DNA of 63,636 nt, filler included, from Octopus bimaculoides (taxonomy: Eukaryota), in NCBI RefSeq assembly GCF_001194135.2. It is 7 parts of 7 records of this genome, joined end to end, with 100 filler letters (N's around TTAATTAATTAA, not from the genome) between each part and the next. Parts side by side here need not be neighbours in the genome. Positions count along the whole stretch, not along the records: positions 59,151 to 62,215 come from NC_068986.1; positions 62,316 to 63,636 come from NC_068997.1; 5 more parts are not named here. One strand, given 5' to 3'. Within the stretch, counting starts at the first letter, position 1. Every line of letters starts with the position of its first letter. Position numbers and translations under genes: made by a program. Below are positions 59,951-63,636 of the stretch, piece after piece. Below the pieces are notes generated by a model. The model had not been told where the DNA came from. It saw nothing but the letters and a program-made list of their open reading frames with translations, and made no database searches.

Positions 59951-61991
59951 CTATACACGTGTGTGGGTGTGTGTGTGTGTTTGTATATATAAATGTCGCT
60001 TTAAATCGAAGAATATATANNNNNNNNNNNNNNNNNNNNNNNNNNNNNNNNNNNNNNNNNNNNNNNNNNNNNNNNNNNNNNNNNNNNNNNNNNNNNNNNN
60101 NNNNNNNNNNNNNNNNNNNNNNNNNNNNNNNNNNNNNNNNNNNNNNNNNNNNNNNNNNNNNNNNNNNNNNNNNNNNNNNNNNNNNNNNNNNNNNNNNNNN
60201 NNNNNNNNNNNNNNNNNNNNNNNNNNNNNNNNNNNNNNTATATAATTCAGTGTCATTTTAATATTAAATATATTGTCTACTTAGATTGAAATGCATTTCA
60301 TAATATTTTATACGTATGAAAATAACGTTCTTTTTATACAGGAACATATTGTGTTCCTGCGAATACATTCCTCACATAGAAATGCAACCGACAGGTTATA
60401 TGTAGATGGACACATACATACATACATGCATACATACATACATACATGATGTTTGCAAACTAGTATTCGAGTATTGCCATCGCTTGATCGAAAGTTCCAC
60501 ACATGGAAAGACTACGACGAGTCATTTTTTGATAGGTCTTACTTTATTTCAAGCGATGCCCATGCATGCTTGTTTTTTTATAGTAGGGAAGGGATTTTCA
60601 CAAATACAATCCCACTCTCTGAACATGGACAACATAAACTCGAAAAGAAGAACTAGTCTACATCATTGAATATTGTCGGTGTCGCTTTTGGGCGCTATAG
60701 GTAACATATAACCCAGTGCAACTTGTTGCATGGTCGGGTCGTCGGCGACTAAACTGGCAATCCCATCAAGCTTGCATGGTGAGGAGGGTGATTGTGGGAC
60801 ACTTTGCAGGACGAATAATAAGACATACATACGTACATACATACTCAGAACATAAAATACCATGACATTTAGCGTAAGACATTTTGTCTCATACTCTAAC
60901 AGTTTCTTTAATCTATCACCTGGATACATTTTATCCATCCAAAATATGATTAAACGCGGCCTTGGTGGGGCTTGAACTAAGAAGTAGAAAAATACCGTAT
61001 GGCATTTTATTCTATGCTTTAATGATTCTTTCTTAACCAGTTAACTATTCTATAGTGCAATCAGGCGCAATAGTTTCTAGCACTGTCGCAAAGCCTGACA
61101 TTTCAGATGAGGTGTTATTCAATTAAATGGACCCCTGCGCTTGACTGTGCTTTATTTTATCGATCCCAGCACGAGGAAAGGTAAATATGGCCTCAACAGG
61201 ATGTGAAACTAATTATTTCTAATATACAATCAAGACCAAACATTTCAGAAAAGGGTCAGTCGATTATATCTAACCAACTATTTCATTCGTACTTACTTTA
61301 ATTAACCACTGAAGGATAAAAAGTAATGCTGACATTGCAGAGATTTGACCTCTGAGTGTCGAGAACCGTATCAAAATCTGTAAGGTATTTTGTCCAACGT
61401 TCGCACAGCTATGCCTTAGTCAGAAAAATATAATGACATCTATTTAACGAACTTTCATATCGTATTATACTTGGCGAGATGCTCTTTAACTAGATAAAGT
61501 AAATCTGATTACAAGGACCATATAACACGGGTCTTCATTTTTGTTACATTACCACAACTAGTGCTATCACCACTAAAAATCACCATTACCATCACCACCA
61601 AAATCAGTATCACTATCACATTAATTTCACTCTTTCGCACCTCCGCCATATCCGACATTCTGCAAATGATTCTTTAACACCATAACCCGCTAAGACCGTC
61701 TTTTCGATAACATAATGGCGTTTTCTCACTAGCTCATCTTGTGAAGTTATTTCTTTTTCTTCTTTACACTCATAAACATACATACATATACACATACACA
61801 CACATAAACATAAAATTACACACACACACACACACAAACATATATTTCCTGGTATATTTCTCGTCACTCTTATCCTCTCTGCATCTTTGTCTTTTTTTTC
61901 TTGTGCTATATCTTCAAGTAAGATTTACCTAATAAAATCTTAATTAGATAGATATAAAATACATAACGTGATAAATGAGTACGATACGCGC

Positions 61992-62039
<48 letters not shown>

Positions 62040-62355
62040 AGACAAAAGCTTATAGATAAACGAATGTATACATATACATAGACATAAACATCTAGATTTA
62101 CTTAAGCTATGTGAATTTATATATCTCTACATTGACATATGTGTGTGTTTGATTAGATATCTCTATCTATAGATGCCTACGGATGTAATTATATAAGCAT
62201 ATTCATAAAAATATANNNNNNNNNNNNNNNNNNNNNNNNNNNNNNNNNNNNNNNNNNNNTTAATTAATTAANNNNNNNNNNNNNNNNNNNNNNNNNNNNN
62301 NNNNNNNNNNNNNNNTATATATATATATATGTATGTATATATATATATATATATG

Positions 62356-62394
<39 letters not shown>

Positions 62395-63279
62395 ACATAT
62401 GTATATATAATTTAGAGAAGAACCACCATCATACAATTCAGACAATGGATGACCCCATTGACACCATCCAGAAAACATACATTATAAAAATACGAATCTA
62501 AGAATTCAATAAAGCATAAAAAGTAAATAGTAGTGAATTGATAAAGCAGAAAGGGTAAATAGCAATAAGTTGACTACGTGCGTTTCGTGGCTTTTATTAA
62601 ACCAGATAAAAGCAATTCAATTAAAAAATATATCGATTCACGTTTAATCCAATTTAAAAATATAGTTACTCATCAGGTCTAGAATAAAAATAAAAATCAA
62701 TGTACGTATCTTACTATATAATAATTAATTAAAAGTAAAAATAAATATGTATATAAAAATTCGTATTAATACAATAAATAAATGAAAAATATTTAATAAT
62801 ATTACTTAAAATTAAAAGCATAATTTATCTTATCGAATAATTACTGTGAACTAATAATAATCATCCGTTAAGAAAAGAAATAAATATAGCAAAATCCGTG
62901 TTAATATAATAAATAAATGAGAACATTTAACAATATTGATTAAAATTAAAAACATGACTTATCTTATCGACGAATTTCTGTGAAAGTTTAAACTTAATGC
63001 GTAGAACTTAGTATTTATAAGAAATATACAACGTGAAGGGGAGAGGAGAAGAATTAGAGAAAGGGTGGTTGAGAAAGACAGAAAGGAAGAAGAAGAACAA
63101 GAGAGAAGGATTAATAGTTATCGCCAAGCTAACATGGCAGTCCAGAAAAATAGGACGAATACTGCCGTTCATTAGCTCCAAGAGGCCATCGCCTCTAGTT
63201 ATCTATGTGACACACAAACCTGTGTCCATTACAACCTTCGAACGGGGGAGGTGAGCAGCTTCCCTTTGCTGGTTCAACA

Positions 63280-63322
63280 TCCACAAACTAGTTTCGGCGT
63301 GATTGCCCCTTATCAATGTGGA
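63280..63322 (-). ncRNA. Minimal type I hammerhead ribozyme motif
   Basis: UCCACA-UUGAUAA-GGGGCAAUCACGCC-GAA-ACUAGU-U-UGUGGA: 6-bp helix I, U3/A8 core, palindromic helix III, GUU cleavage triplet. Confidence 0.7.
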
Positions 63323-63479
63323 GTAGCCGAACCCAGCAGGCGTGGCTGCTGACAGTCTGTTCGAAGGTTTATTTTCATATATTCTGTGGAACACATTCAC
63401 TGTTTTCAAAAATAGAAATATTGGTATTTCTAAATCTGTCCAGCATTCGCCATGATAGATCGCTAGCCACTACACATTA

Positions 63480-63636
63480 TTTTTTTCTCTCCTTGTTTCT
63501 TTGTGTGTTCTTTTCTGTGGAAGAGCGAAGGCTCGAAACGTTAAAGACTTTTTCAGTTCCCGGGCGTTATACTAATACATCTGTTTGTTGTCTACACCTC
63601 CTGTCTTCGTTTTTTTTTGTCAATTCTCCCTATATA
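63480..63636 (+). mobile_element. Penelope-like pLTR remnant with a degenerate hammerhead motif
   Basis: tttt-ctgtgga-a-gagc-gaag-gctc-gaa-acgt-t-aaag at 63511-63546. Confidence 0.6.

Overview
Eukaryotic, AT-rich, microsatellite- and transposon-dense DNA, most likely from an octopus (coleoid cephalopod). This is inferred from the '[10 protein letters not shown]...HTGEKP' finger style and the repeat content, not from a search. The window is not one contiguous locus: six artificial 100-nt joins (44 N + TTAATTAATTAA + 44 N) split it into seven scaffold pieces, and there are many other N gaps. The only well-supported protein-coding gene is a 13-finger C2H2 zinc-finger ORF (13514-14683, +). The rest is mostly degraded mobile DNA: RTE, CR1-like, Penelope-like and RLE-type non-LTR fragments; mariner, maT, Tigger and hAT elements; MITEs; Helitrons; two LTR-like segments; several tRNA-derived SINE families; and a 5S rRNA pseudogene. 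The most interesting signal is a near-intact minimal hammerhead ribozyme on the minus strand (63280-63322). It has a compensatory U3-A8 core pair and sits at the tip of a 137-nt rod-like fold. Other signals worth checking: possible A-to-I-tunable recognition codons and decaying ends of the ZNF array, a 1.2-kb foldback element, a pre-miRNA-like hairpin, a LINE/SINE shared 3' tail, paired RFX X-boxes and a 45-bp minisatellite that keeps an open frame. I found no CRISPR array and no prokaryotic-type system. Boundaries were read by eye and are approximate unless termini are quoted.
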